Assembly: GCA_964606895.1 (NCBI GenBank)
Contig: CAZSHX010000003.1
Coordinates: forward strand, 11,921 to 75,920
Source: an uncultured Hyphomicrobiales bacterium
GTDB lineage: Bacteria > Bacteroidota > Ignavibacteria > Kapaibacteriales > UBA2268
Reading direction: 5' to 3'
Length of the DNA stretch: 64,000 nt
In this document: positions 1-9,074 of the stretch, piece by piece
How the letters are laid out: each line of letters starts with the position of its first letter
Numbering within the stretch: the stretch's first letter is position 1
Notes under the pieces: model-generated
What the model was told of the DNA's origin: nothing
Database searches by the model: none
What the model saw: only the letters and a program-made list of their open reading frames with translations
Program-made: the position numbers and the translations under genes

Positions 1-1104
1 CAGGAAAATGTGACATTTGGAGAAAACCAATATATTCTTGTTTTATCCGAAAAGGCTTTTTCGGGTATTCAAAGTGCCGAAGGAATCAGATATGCATTAG
101 TCAATCTGCTGAAAACTCACAACATCAGCGAATCGAATATAGTTGCTGTTTGGGAGAGAGCTTTAAAAGGCGGATGCATTAACCTAACACCTACTGAAGC
201 AGGATTGCTCGCAAAGGATGCCAATGTTTCTTATGTTGTAAAAGATAAGATAGTCAAACTTAATGACGGTGTTCCTGAATATAGTTATTATAATAGTAAA
301 TCATATCAAATCCAGACACAAACACCTTCATGGGGAATTGATGCTGTAGGCGGATTCGTCAATGGAGCAAATTTGACCAGAAGTGCATGGATTATAGATA
401 CAGGTATTGAATTCAATCATCCAGATCTGAATGTAAATACATCACGTTCCAGAACATTTATCCCTTATGGCAGAGACAGCAGAACAGCTAATGATTATCA
501 TGGACACGGAACTCATTGTGCAGGAATCATAGCCGCTAAAAATAACAATATAGGTTCTGTCGGTGTAGCCGCCGGAGCAAGAGTTATTGCTGTCAAAGTA
601 ATGACTGACGGTGGTTGGGGTTATTGGTCGTGGTGTATCAGCGGTTTGAATTATGTTGCTATGAATGCCGGCAGAGGTGACGTTGCAAATATTAGCCTCG
701 GCGGCGATGGCTATACTCCTGTTGACGAGGCTGTTTACAACACTTCTGCATATCTGAAAATTGCAGTTGCCGCTGGTAATGAATCCGCTGATGCTAATAA
801 TTATAGTCCTGCAAGAGCAAATGGACCAAATATTTATACGGTTTCTGCCTACGATATTAATCATAACTTTGCTTGGTTCTCAAATTACGGTAATCCTCCG
901 GTTGACTATTCAGCTCCTGGGGTTAGTATCTATTCAACTATGATTGGAAATAGTTATGCTTCTTGGAGCGGCACTTCGATGGCGGCTCCGTTTGTTGCAG
1001 GTATTTTACTTGCAAATAATGGTGTGATTTACACTAATTCAAGTGTAACTGTCAGTGGCGATCCTGATGGTACTCCCGATCCGGTGGCTTCGAGAGTTCC
1101 ATAA
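1..1104 (+). CDS. Subtilisin-like serine protease (peptidase S8), 5'-partial; I9-type propeptide region followed by the catalytic domain
   Basis: Catalytic triad motifs are present: D in IIDTGI, H in HGTHCAGIIAA, S in GTSMAAPFVAGI. The reading frame stays open to base 1 and there is no signal peptide, so the gene begins upstream of the window. The listed start at 10 is a GTG. Confidence 0.85.
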   Translation, partial: QENVTFGENQYILVLSEKAFSGIQSAEGIRYALVNLLKTHNISESNIVAVWERALKGGCINLTPTEAGLLAKDANVSYVVKDKIVKLNDGVPEYSYYNSKSYQIQTQTPSWGIDAVGGFVNGANLTRSAWIIDTGIEFNHPDLNVNTSRSRTFIPYGRDSRTANDYHGHGTHCAGIIAAKNNNIGSVGVAAGARVIAVKVMTDGGWGYWSWCISGLNYVAMNAGRGDVANISLGGDGYTPVDEAVYNTSAYLKIAVAAGNESADANNYSPARANGPNIYTVSAYDINHNFAWFSNYGNPPVDYSAPGVSIYSTMIGNSYASWSGTSMAAPFVAGILLANNGVIYTNSSVTVSGDPDGTPDPVASRVP

Positions 1105-1250
1105 TTCATTATAAAAAAACGAATTATTAATGTATTTTCCCTTTGGTTTTAAACCTTTTATCTAAGAGGTTGAATCAAAGGGAATTTTTTTTTGAAAAAT
1201 TCTACAAATGTTGAAACATTTTTTGATTATAATCGTAAAAGAGTAACTTA

Positions 1251-4085
1251 ATGATTATTTATCAAATGGAGTATTTCATGAATCGAGTTTTGTTCAAACT
1301 TTTGTTTGCTTTCCTTTTTGTTGCTTTAGTATTGCCTATCAATGCCAAATACAAATTAGGGGATGATATCCCGACTGACCCAAAGGTCAAAATCGGGAAA
1401 TTGAGTAATGGTTTAACGTATTATATCCGAGAAAATAAAAAACCCGAAAAAAGAGCTGAATTACGTATCGTAGTTAATGCCGGTGCTATTTTGGAGGATG
1501 ATGACCAAAACGGGTTAGCCCACTTTACTGAGCACATGCTTTTCAATGGAACAAAAAATTTCCCAAAAGACAATCTTATTAGTTTCCTGCAATCAACCGG
1601 TATGAGATTCGGTGCTGATGTTAATGCATCCACAGGTCACGACCAAACATTTTATATGTTGCAATTACCAACTGACAAAGAGGATGTTCTGAACAAAGGT
1701 ATTCAGGTACTTGTTGACTGGGCACATTATGCATCATTCGATGATGAGGAAATTGACAAAGAACGCGGTGTAATTATCGAAGAATGGAGACAACGCAACG
1801 GTGCTAATGCTCGCGTTGGTAAAGTTCATAATGATAAAATATTTGCAGGTTCGAAATATGTTTTAAGAGACGTTATCGGCGATACCAATATTATCAGAAC
1901 TTTCAAACATGATGTAATCAGAAGATATTACAAAGATTGGTACAGACCAGACCTTATGGCAATAATCGCAATCGGTGATTTTGATGCGAATGCGATGGAA
2001 GCCAAACTAAAACAATCCTTTGGTGAAATTCCTGCAAATAATAATCCGAGAAAAAGAGAGTATTTCAATATTCCTCCTACAAAAGGTACTGAAGTTTCAT
2101 TCTCTACCGATAAAGAATATCCTATGTCGGTGGTACAGATAATTTACAAAAGACCTGAAATTACTGAAGGTAAATATGGAGATTATCGCCAATCTATCGT
2201 CAGGGGTCTTTACGACCAAATGTTTAATGCAAGATTGGATGAACTTTCCAAAAAGTCAGAATCTGCTTATATGAGAGCCGGAGCTCAGGAAACTAAATAT
2301 ATTGGTCCTGGCAGAGCTTATATGATTTTTGCAATCAGCAAAGAAAATAAAATTCTTGAAACCATTGAAACAGTAAATACAGAAGCATACAGAGTTTTGA
2401 AACACGGCTTCACTCAATCCGAATTAGTACGCGTTAAACAAGAATTTTTAAAAAATATTGAAAAATCATTTAAAGAAAAAGATAAAACTCCTTCTGCCGC
2501 TTACACTCGCGAGTACATGAGCAACTATCTTGAAAAAGAACCAATCCCCGGAATTGAAGAAGAATGGAAAATTGTTCAGGAATTTGTTCCTTCTATAACT
2601 CTTGCAGAAATTAATGCTCTTGCCAAAGACTATGTTAAAGAAGACAATAGAATAGTTACTATTTCTGCTCCCGACAAACCCGCAATAGTTTTACCTACAA
2701 AAGATGCTGTAATTGCAAAACTTAACGAAATCGCTAAAAGAGACATTCCTGCCTATCAGGACAAAGAAGCGAACAAACCTTTGTTCACCAAACAGCTTGA
2801 ACCCAAAGAAATTGTGGATACAAAACAATTAAAAGATATTGATGTTACTGAATTGAAGCTAAAAAATGGAGTGAAAGTTGTTTTCAAAAAGACCAATTTC
2901 AAAAATGATGAAATTGTACTTGTTGGAACAAGCCCCGGCGGTTTATCCTTAGCTAAAGATGAAGATTTTTATTCGGCATCTCGTGCCGCTGATATCGTTA
3001 ACGAAAGCGGACTTTCAGATTTTGATGATGTTACGCTTGGCAAAATGCTTTCCGGAAAAATTGTAAGAGTAGCTCCTCACATCGCCGACCTCACTGAAGG
3101 TTTCAGAGGAAGTACAACTCCCGAAGACCTTGAAACGGCAATGCAAATGATTTATCTCTATTTTACTCAACCAAGAAAAGATGCTGATGCTTTCAAATCT
3201 TACATTGACAATTCAAAAAATAGTGTAAAGAACAATGCGTTAAGTCCTGAAGCAAACTACAGAGATTCAGTTACTGCAATCATGTCACAATATAATTTCC
3301 GTGAAATGCCATGGACAGAAGATAAATTTTCAAAAGTTGATATGAATAAGGCATTTGAATTTTACAATGACAGATTCAAAGATGCAAGCGATTTCACTTT
3401 CTTCTTCGTAGGCAATTTTGACGAAGCAAAATTAAAAAATCTTTGCCAAAAATATCTTGGTAATCTACCTTCTATCAATCGCACTGAAAATTGGAAAGAT
3501 AATGGAGTTAAAGCACCTAAAGGAATGATTGACAAAAAAATCAGAAAAGGTGTTCTCGACAAGAGCATCGTTCGTTTGATATTCACCGGCGATGCAAAAT
3601 GGAGCACTGAAAACAGATTCATGTTAAACTCGATGATTGAAGTTTTGAACATGAGATTGCGCGAAGTAGTCCGCGAAGAAAAAGGTGGTACTTACGGTGC
3701 TTATTCAAACGGAACAATTACGCACTACCCAAAAGAAGGATTTAGAATTGACATCGGTTTCGGGTGTGACCCCAAACGTGTTGATGAATTAGTCAAAGCC
3801 GCATTGGATCAGGTTGAATTGCTCAAAAAAGAGCCTATGAGTCAGGATTATATTACTAAAGTTATCGAAACTGCTAAACGTCAGAATGAAACCAACATGA
3901 AAGAAAACAATTTTTGGTTGAACAGTTTAGTTGGCAAATATACCAACGATTGCGACCCAAATGAAATTCTTCAGACTGACAAACTTATTCAGAAAATTAA
4001 TCCCGAATCAATCCAAAAAATTGCTCAGGAATATTTTACTACAAAGAATGTTGCCCGTATAGTTCTTTTCCCTGAAAAAGACTAA
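1251..4085 (+). CDS. M16 family zinc metallopeptidase (pitrilysin-like, double-length, active)
   Basis: Has the HxxEH zinc motif (HFTEHMLFNGT). At 944 aa it has a two-M16-unit architecture. There is an N-terminal signal peptide; the true start is probably the internal Met at 1278 (MNRVLFKLL). Confidence 0.85.
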   Translation: MIIYQMEYFMNRVLFKLLFAFLFVALVLPINAKYKLGDDIPTDPKVKIGKLSNGLTYYIRENKKPEKRAELRIVVNAGAILEDDDQNGLAHFTEHMLFNGTKNFPKDNLISFLQSTGMRFGADVNASTGHDQTFYMLQLPTDKEDVLNKGIQVLVDWAHYASFDDEEIDKERGVIIEEWRQRNGANARVGKVHNDKIFAGSKYVLRDVIGDTNIIRTFKHDVIRRYYKDWYRPDLMAIIAIGDFDANAMEAKLKQSFGEIPANNNPRKREYFNIPPTKGTEVSFSTDKEYPMSVVQIIYKRPEITEGKYGDYRQSIVRGLYDQMFNARLDELSKKSESAYMRAGAQETKYIGPGRAYMIFAISKENKILETIETVNTEAYRVLKHGFTQSELVRVKQEFLKNIEKSFKEKDKTPSAAYTREYMSNYLEKEPIPGIEEEWKIVQEFVPSITLAEINALAKDYVKEDNRIVTISAPDKPAIVLPTKDAVIAKLNEIAKRDIPAYQDKEANKPLFTKQLEPKEIVDTKQLKDIDVTELKLKNGVKVVFKKTNFKNDEIVLVGTSPGGLSLAKDEDFYSASRAADIVNESGLSDFDDVTLGKMLSGKIVRVAPHIADLTEGFRGSTTPEDLETAMQMIYLYFTQPRKDADAFKSYIDNSKNSVKNNALSPEANYRDSVTAIMSQYNFREMPWTEDKFSKVDMNKAFEFYNDRFKDASDFTFFFVGNFDEAKLKNLCQKYLGNLPSINRTENWKDNGVKAPKGMIDKKIRKGVLDKSIVRLIFTGDAKWSTENRFMLNSMIEVLNMRLREVVREEKGGTYGAYSNGTITHYPKEGFRIDIGFGCDPKRVDELVKAALDQVELLKKEPMSQDYITKVIETAKRQNETNMKENNFWLNSLVGKYTNDCDPNEILQTDKLIQKINPESIQKIAQEYFTTKNVARIVLFPEKD

Positions 4086-4109
4086 AACAAACGTTTTACA
4101 AATTGAAAA

Positions 4110-4150
4110 AGAGTTGTGGGAAAATTGTTCTCACAACTCTTTTTTTTTTC
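4110..4150 (+). terminator. Rho-independent terminator after the M16 peptidase gene
   Basis: GC-containing hairpin agagttgtgggaaaattgttctcacaactct followed by a run of 9 T. Confidence 0.7.
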
Positions 4151-4234
4151 TGCTACATAATGACAACTTTGTTTTCTTGATTTCTTTTATTAATTTGCAT
4201 ACGGAAAAAGTTTGTTTAATCTTTTTGGGTTAAC

Positions 4235-5164
4235 ATGAATTACAAAATTTTAGTATCTGCAATTCTTTCGGCAATTTTCTTTTGCTTCTCTTCGCTGTAT
4301 TCGGCAGAGCCGCTGGTGAAATTCTATCTTCAGGATGGAAGCACAAAGCAATATAATCTCAGCGAGATTGACAGTTTGGGAGTTATTGACAAAAAGAATA
4401 ATTATGTGATGAGAATTCATTACGATGATACTCTTATCGCATATTACCCGACTGAAATAATCGGAAGCATCAATTTTGAAAAAGATTCTTTAAAAAGGAA
4501 GATGTTAAATGTTTACATTTTTAATTATCCTAAAAGTTATGAATTATTTTATATTGACAGCCTCATCTTTTACATTGACCAATGGCAACCCTTAACTATC
4601 GGCTCTCAGGTTTGGATGCTAAAGAATCTTAATGTTGACCACTACAGGAATGGAGATTCAATACCTAATATGAAATCTGATTCTGATTGGGTTAGTTGTG
4701 CAAATCCTCGAGTTGGTGCATTGTGCTTATATCAAAATTCTGATTCACTTGGTAAAATATATGGTAAGTTATACAATTGGTATGCTGTAGGTGACGCAAG
4801 AGAGTTAGCTCCTTCAGGTTGGCATGTACCAACGGATGCAGAGTGGAAAACACTTTCAAATTATCTTGGGAGTTATTATATTGCAGGAGGTAAAATGAAA
4901 GAAACCAGAACTATTCACTGGTATAAACCAAACAGCGGAGCAACTAACTCAAGCGGCTTTTCCGCTCTTCCAGGTGGCTTGCGTGGCTACGATAATGGCT
5001 GGTACTTACTTTATGAACTCAGCGGCATTTTCTGGACATCAACGGATACAAGTTATACAAATGCTTGGTATATGGGTTTGGCAAGCGATGATATAAATCT
5101 CGGCAGGTGGGATAAGGATAAAAGAAGCGGCTTTTCCGTTCGATGTGTGAAAGATGGGAAGTAA
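4235..5164 (+). CDS. Secreted protein with a C-terminal Fibrobacter-succinogenes-major-paralogous (FISUMP) domain
   Basis: Signal peptide present. The C-terminal ~170 aa show the FISUMP pattern (LYNWYAV…GWHVPT…EW…LGG..AGGKMKE…GATNSSGFSALPGG…WSST…GFSVRCVKD). The same domain recurs at 17487..18974. Confidence 0.65.
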   Translation: MNYKILVSAILSAIFFCFSSLYSAEPLVKFYLQDGSTKQYNLSEIDSLGVIDKKNNYVMRIHYDDTLIAYYPTEIIGSINFEKDSLKRKMLNVYIFNYPKSYELFYIDSLIFYIDQWQPLTIGSQVWMLKNLNVDHYRNGDSIPNMKSDSDWVSCANPRVGALCLYQNSDSLGKIYGKLYNWYAVGDARELAPSGWHVPTDAEWKTLSNYLGSYYIAGGKMKETRTIHWYKPNSGATNSSGFSALPGGLRGYDNGWYLLYELSGIFWTSTDTSYTNAWYMGLASDDINLGRWDKDKRSGFSVRCVKDGK

Positions 5165-5166
5165 TC

Positions 5167-5419
5167 TGAACTGTGATTTATATGATTTGTTTGATTAAGA
5201 TGAAGATTAAAGAAGGATGTCTTAATTACGAATTTTTTGGATGAAAGGATTACACTGATTATTCAAGAATTTCTTCTCCTGAATCCTCCTAATCCTCAAA
5301 TCCGTTTAATCCGCGATTCAGATATTTGAATTGCAACGACTTTTAAGTCGTGGGAAGATGTTGAATATATCTAAACTTTGATTTATATGATTTGTTTGAT
5401 TAAGATGATGATTAAAGAT
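5167..5419. repeat. ~48-bp near-perfect direct repeats (5167-5214 and 5372-5419) flanking a ~157-bp segment that carries a MITE-like element
   Basis: Direct comparison: ctgaactgtgatttatatgatttgtttgattaagatgaagattaaaga versus ctaaactttgatttatatgatttgtttgattaagatgatgattaaaga. Confidence 0.7.
5243..5334. repeat. MITE/REP-like palindromic intergenic element (family shared with 17372-17475 and 38652-38804)
   Basis: Shared modules: aaaggattNcacNgattNttcaagaat on one side and aatccgcgattcagatatttgaattg on the other. Confidence 0.5.
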
Positions 5420-5542
5420 GAATATATTTATTCCAAAAATGCAGGAAATATAAGCTCATTCAAAGTTCATACAGGTTTCAACCGATTACAAATATCCTAC
5501 TTTATGTACTGAAAATGCTTTCATGGAGGAAGATGGTTCTAA

Positions 5543-5594
5543 GAAAAAAGACTTCGAAAGTCTGACTGACAATCGAAGTCTAAATTTTTTTTTA
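5543..5594. terminator. Bidirectional rho-independent terminator, downstream of nuoB on the - strand and usable on the + strand
   Basis: Hairpin agacttcgaaagtct…cgaagtct with an A-run on one side (aagaaaaaag) and a T-run on the other (aaattttttttt). Confidence 0.6.
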
Positions 5595-5652
5595 GTTATT
5601 CTTAATCAACACCTAAACATCTTCCCAACTAAACAGCTAAGCACCTCAACAA

Positions 5653-6207
5653 CTAAACAATTATATCGGCGTATTTAGTCTCAAATCTCTCCTGAACCGG
5701 AGTGGGGGTGACATCTTTGCCGAAATTAAAAATATCGGGCTTGTGCTTTTTCTGAATTTTTTCCTGAACAGTCATCAAAGCTTTGATAACGGCTTCAGGT
5801 CTGGGAGGGCATCCCGCAACGTAAACATCAACAGGAAGAAATCTGTCAATGCCCTGAACTACGGGGTAGCTTCTGAACATCCCGCCGGTTGAGGCACAAA
5901 CTCCCATTGAAATTACCCATTTCGGGTCGGGCATCTGGTCGTAAATCTTGCGAACCACCCATGCCATTTTGTAAGTTACGGTTCCGGCAACGAGCAGTAA
6001 ATCTGATTGTCTGGGCGACATTCTGAATACTTCCGAGCCAAATCTGGATACATCAAACCTTGGCGAAGCAAAAGCCATCATTTCGATTGCACAGCATGAA
6101 ATTCCAAGGGGCATGGGCCAAACGGAATTTTTCTGTGCCCATTTAATCACTGCTTCTACTGATGTCGTAAGGAATCCATCCCTTGATAAAACCTGATCTA
6201 TTGCCAT
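5653..6207 (-). CDS. nuoB: NADH-quinone oxidoreductase subunit B (NuoB/NDH-1 20 kDa subunit)
   Basis: Conserved Fe-S cysteine motifs: [30 protein letters not shown]. Length 184 aa. Confidence 0.92.
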   Translation of the reverse strand: MAIDQVLSRDGFLTTSVEAVIKWAQKNSVWPMPLGISCCAIEMMAFASPRFDVSRFGSEVFRMSPRQSDLLLVAGTVTYKMAWVVRKIYDQMPDPKWVISMGVCASTGGMFRSYPVVQGIDRFLPVDVYVAGCPPRPEAVIKALMTVQEKIQKKHKPDIFNFGKDVTPTPVQERFETKYADIIV

Positions 6208-6566
6208 TCCAATCCACCTTTCTTAATCTCATAATAATATCCGGCAAACAGCACGACGATGAAAATAAACATTCCCACCATTGCCGCTACGCCGAGCGTC
6301 CTGAATTGAACAGCCCACGGATAAAGAAACACAACTTCAATATCGAAAACTATAAAACTCATAGCCACAAGATAGAATTTCACCGAAAATCTTTCTCTTG
6401 CCGTTTTGTAAGGCTTCATTCCGCTTTCGTAAGTGCTTTGCTTTTCGGCAGTATCACGTCTTGAGCCTAACCATTCGGAAAGAAACATGAAGATTATACC
6501 AAGGCTGAAACCGATTATCAGCATTATTATGAGCGGCAAATATGTTTGAACCATATTGTTTTCCAA
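6198..6566 (-). CDS. nuoA: NADH-quinone oxidoreductase subunit A (NuoA)
   Basis: 122-aa protein with 3 transmembrane segments and the [16 protein letters not shown] motif. Overlaps nuoB by 10 nt, as in an operon. Confidence 0.88.
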   Translation of the reverse strand: MENNMVQTYLPLIIMLIIGFSLGIIFMFLSEWLGSRRDTAEKQSTYESGMKPYKTARERFSVKFYLVAMSFIVFDIEVVFLYPWAVQFRTLGVAAMVGMFIFIVVLFAGYYYEIKKGGLEWQ

Positions 6567-6645
6567 AAAGTTACGAAAAATTATTTTCTTATTTCAAATT
6601 TTCAAAATTCATTTTTTTAAACGAACCTGACTGAATTTTGTTTTA

Positions 6646-7830
6646 TTAACAAAGGCTCAATCCGGCTTCCAATCCATTCATCAGTTCGCCTACATCTTCA
6701 ATGCCGACCGAAAGTCTGACTAACCCGTCGGTAATCTGAGCCTGCTCGCGCATTTCTTTTCCCATGCTTGCATGAGTCATCGAAGCAGGATGCTGAATAA
6801 GGGATTCCACACCTCCAAGGCTGACAGCTAATTGCCAAACCTCAACATTATCCATTAATTTAATACCTGCCGGCAGTCCGCCCTTAAGCTCGCAGGAAAT
6901 CATTCCGCCGGAACCCTTCATCTGCCTTAAGCCCATTTCATGCTGGGGATGACTTTTCAGTCCCGGGAATCTTACCCATTCTACCTTCGGGTGGCTTTCC
7001 AAAAATTCAGCAACTTTTTGAGCATTTTCGCAATGTTTGTCCATTCTAAGTTTCAGGGTTTTTATGCCTCTGTGGACAAGGAAAGAGTTGAACGGGTCAA
7101 TCACACCGCCGACATGATTCAAAATCTTGCGAAATGCGGGATATTCTTCTGCATCCTTCATTACAATGATTCCTGCAACAACGTCGGCATGACCGTTTAA
7201 AAATTTAGTCATACTGTGGACAATATAATCAGCACCGAAATCAAAAGGCCTCTGCAGAATCGGACTGCTGAAAGTGTTGTCAACAGCGAGTTTTGCATCA
7301 TGGGATTTTGCTATTCTTGACATTTCTGTCAAATCGGTCATAACAAGAGTAGGGTTTCCGGGAGTTTCGATAAAAAGAAGTTTTGTATTCGATTTGAAAG
7401 CTTTTTCGACTGCATCCGAATCGGAGGTATCAACAAAAGTTGAATCAATTCCAAATTTCGAAAAAACATTCGTCAGCAAAGTAGTTGTCGGACCATAAAC
7501 AGATTCACTGCAAACCACATGGTCGCCACTTTTGAGCAAATAAGTGAAAAGAGTATTGATTGCCGCCATGCCGCTTGCACAGCCGAGTGCCTTTGTCCCA
7601 CCCTCGAGAATAGCCACGGAACTTTCCATAGCCTCGACGGTAGGATTACGCATTCGTGTATAAATATAGCCATCCTCTTCGCCCTTGAAAAGTTTGGAAC
7701 CGTGTTCCGCATTTTTAAATTTAAAGGTTGATGTTTGAAAAATTGGCGGCACAACCGAGCCGAATTCATAATCAGTAATCCCTGCATGGACGCACTTGGT
7801 ATCCATCGAATAGTTCTTAATATCTTTCAC
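6646..7830 (-). CDS. Cys/Met-metabolism PLP-dependent enzyme (methionine gamma-lyase / cystathionine gamma-synthase / O-acetylhomoserine sulfhydrylase family)
   Basis: 394 aa with a PLP-lysine motif (SMTKFLNGHADVVAG) and the overall CGS/MGL fold signature. The exact subfamily cannot be resolved without alignment. Confidence 0.85.
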   Translation of the reverse strand: MKDIKNYSMDTKCVHAGITDYEFGSVVPPIFQTSTFKFKNAEHGSKLFKGEEDGYIYTRMRNPTVEAMESSVAILEGGTKALGCASGMAAINTLFTYLLKSGDHVVCSESVYGPTTTLLTNVFSKFGIDSTFVDTSDSDAVEKAFKSNTKLLFIETPGNPTLVMTDLTEMSRIAKSHDAKLAVDNTFSSPILQRPFDFGADYIVHSMTKFLNGHADVVAGIIVMKDAEEYPAFRKILNHVGGVIDPFNSFLVHRGIKTLKLRMDKHCENAQKVAEFLESHPKVEWVRFPGLKSHPQHEMGLRQMKGSGGMISCELKGGLPAGIKLMDNVEVWQLAVSLGGVESLIQHPASMTHASMGKEMREQAQITDGLVRLSVGIEDVGELMNGLEAGLSLC

Positions 7831-8139
7831 TTTGACTCCAAAATTTATTATTGTCTTTTATAAACAAGCAATATAATGATTTAAGTTGAAAAGTAAAAAG
7901 CAACAAAAAGCAAATATGAGTTTTGAACCAAATAATTTGAAATAATATTCTTATTTGCTGAATTTATGTAGTTATGAATTCTTTTCAAGTAATTGAAATT
8001 ATTCATCAAAATAGACTGAATCCTTTTATCCAATAAGTTATGAATCAGAAAATCAAATTTTAAAATCTATAAAAGATTATTTCCTGATTTCCGGGTTTTA
8101 AACTAATACCATACCTCAAACTTCATATATTATTCGATT

Positions 8140-8799
8140 TTGGTATTCTTTATAAATTTGAATCTGTTTTTGAATATGCTTGAAACTGCAATAAATTTTC
8201 TGAATTCTTCTTATATACCTGTGTGGGGAATCCTTGCTTTCGCACTGTTTATTTCGTATCTGGAAAATGTTTTTCCTCCGTCTCCTTCTGACACAATCGT
8301 CATTTTGCTGGGAAGCTTTGTTGGAATCGGAAAAATCGGTTTTTTTCAACTGCTGTTATTTACATCCATCGGTTCCACTCTTGGATTTCTGACGATGTAC
8401 TACCTTGGGAGCGGTTTCGGGCACAGAATTGTTAAATCCAAAAAATGGACTTTCATCAATGAGGAGAACTTAGTAAAACCGCGTGCATGGTTCAAAAAAT
8501 ACGGTTATTTCCTGATTGTAGTCAACAGATTTCTAAGCGGAACTAGAGCCGTTATAAGCTTTTTTGCAGGTATGTCGGAATTGAAAGTCACAACAACAAT
8601 CATTCTGGCAACCATTAGCGGAATAATCTGGAATGGGATTCTGATAGCTCTCGGAATGGCCGCAGGTCAGAACTGGCATTTAGTTGACAAGACAATGGAA
8701 CTTTACGGAAACATTGTTTTTATTGTTGTTGCAGTCGTTGTCCTATTCTTTGTTGCCAAATTCTTTTACGACAAAAGAAAAACAAAGAAAGCAGAATGA
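8140..8799 (+). CDS. DedA/SNARE-associated (TVP38/TMEM64) family membrane protein
   Basis: Multi-pass membrane protein with a DedA-like core (VWGILAFALFISYLENVFPPSPSDTIVILLGSFVG). The true start may be the internal Met at ~8176. Confidence 0.6.
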   Translation: MVFFINLNLFLNMLETAINFLNSSYIPVWGILAFALFISYLENVFPPSPSDTIVILLGSFVGIGKIGFFQLLLFTSIGSTLGFLTMYYLGSGFGHRIVKSKKWTFINEENLVKPRAWFKKYGYFLIVVNRFLSGTRAVISFFAGMSELKVTTTIILATISGIIWNGILIALGMAAGQNWHLVDKTMELYGNIVFIVVAVVVLFFVAKFFYDKRKTKKAE

Positions 8800-8994
8800 T
8801 ATATTCTCCTGATTACAATCGCCAGATTGGGAAGCAGGTTAAAATGAGTCAAGGAAAATGAGGAAGAGATGAAGTCGAAAGTGGGAGTAAACACTGTCTG
8901 ATTGAATTTATCCGGCTTGGTTATAATAAGCCGGAAAAACTTACAATCCTTGAAGATTTATACCGATTGCTTTACAATTCTGTACACCAAACAA

Positions 8995-9031
8995 AAACTA
9001 AAAAAAAGGCAGATATTTTTATTATCTGCCC
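8995..9031 (-). terminator. Rho-independent terminator for the - strand M16 gene
   Basis: On the - strand, hairpin ggcagataataaaaatatctgcc followed by a T-run of 8+. Confidence 0.6.
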
Positions 9032-9074
9032 CTGATATTATCGTATATAGACTAAACTTTACTAAAATTCAATA

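Noticed and set aside
6183-6464. 93-aa + strand ORF overlapping the nuoA/nuoB junction
   Set aside because: Antisense to two conserved genes; no support.
7831-8139. SAM or other riboswitch upstream of the Cys/Met PLP enzyme gene
   Set aside because: The 300-bp leader is AT-rich with no recognisable conserved riboswitch core helices. It cannot be supported without a covariance-model search.
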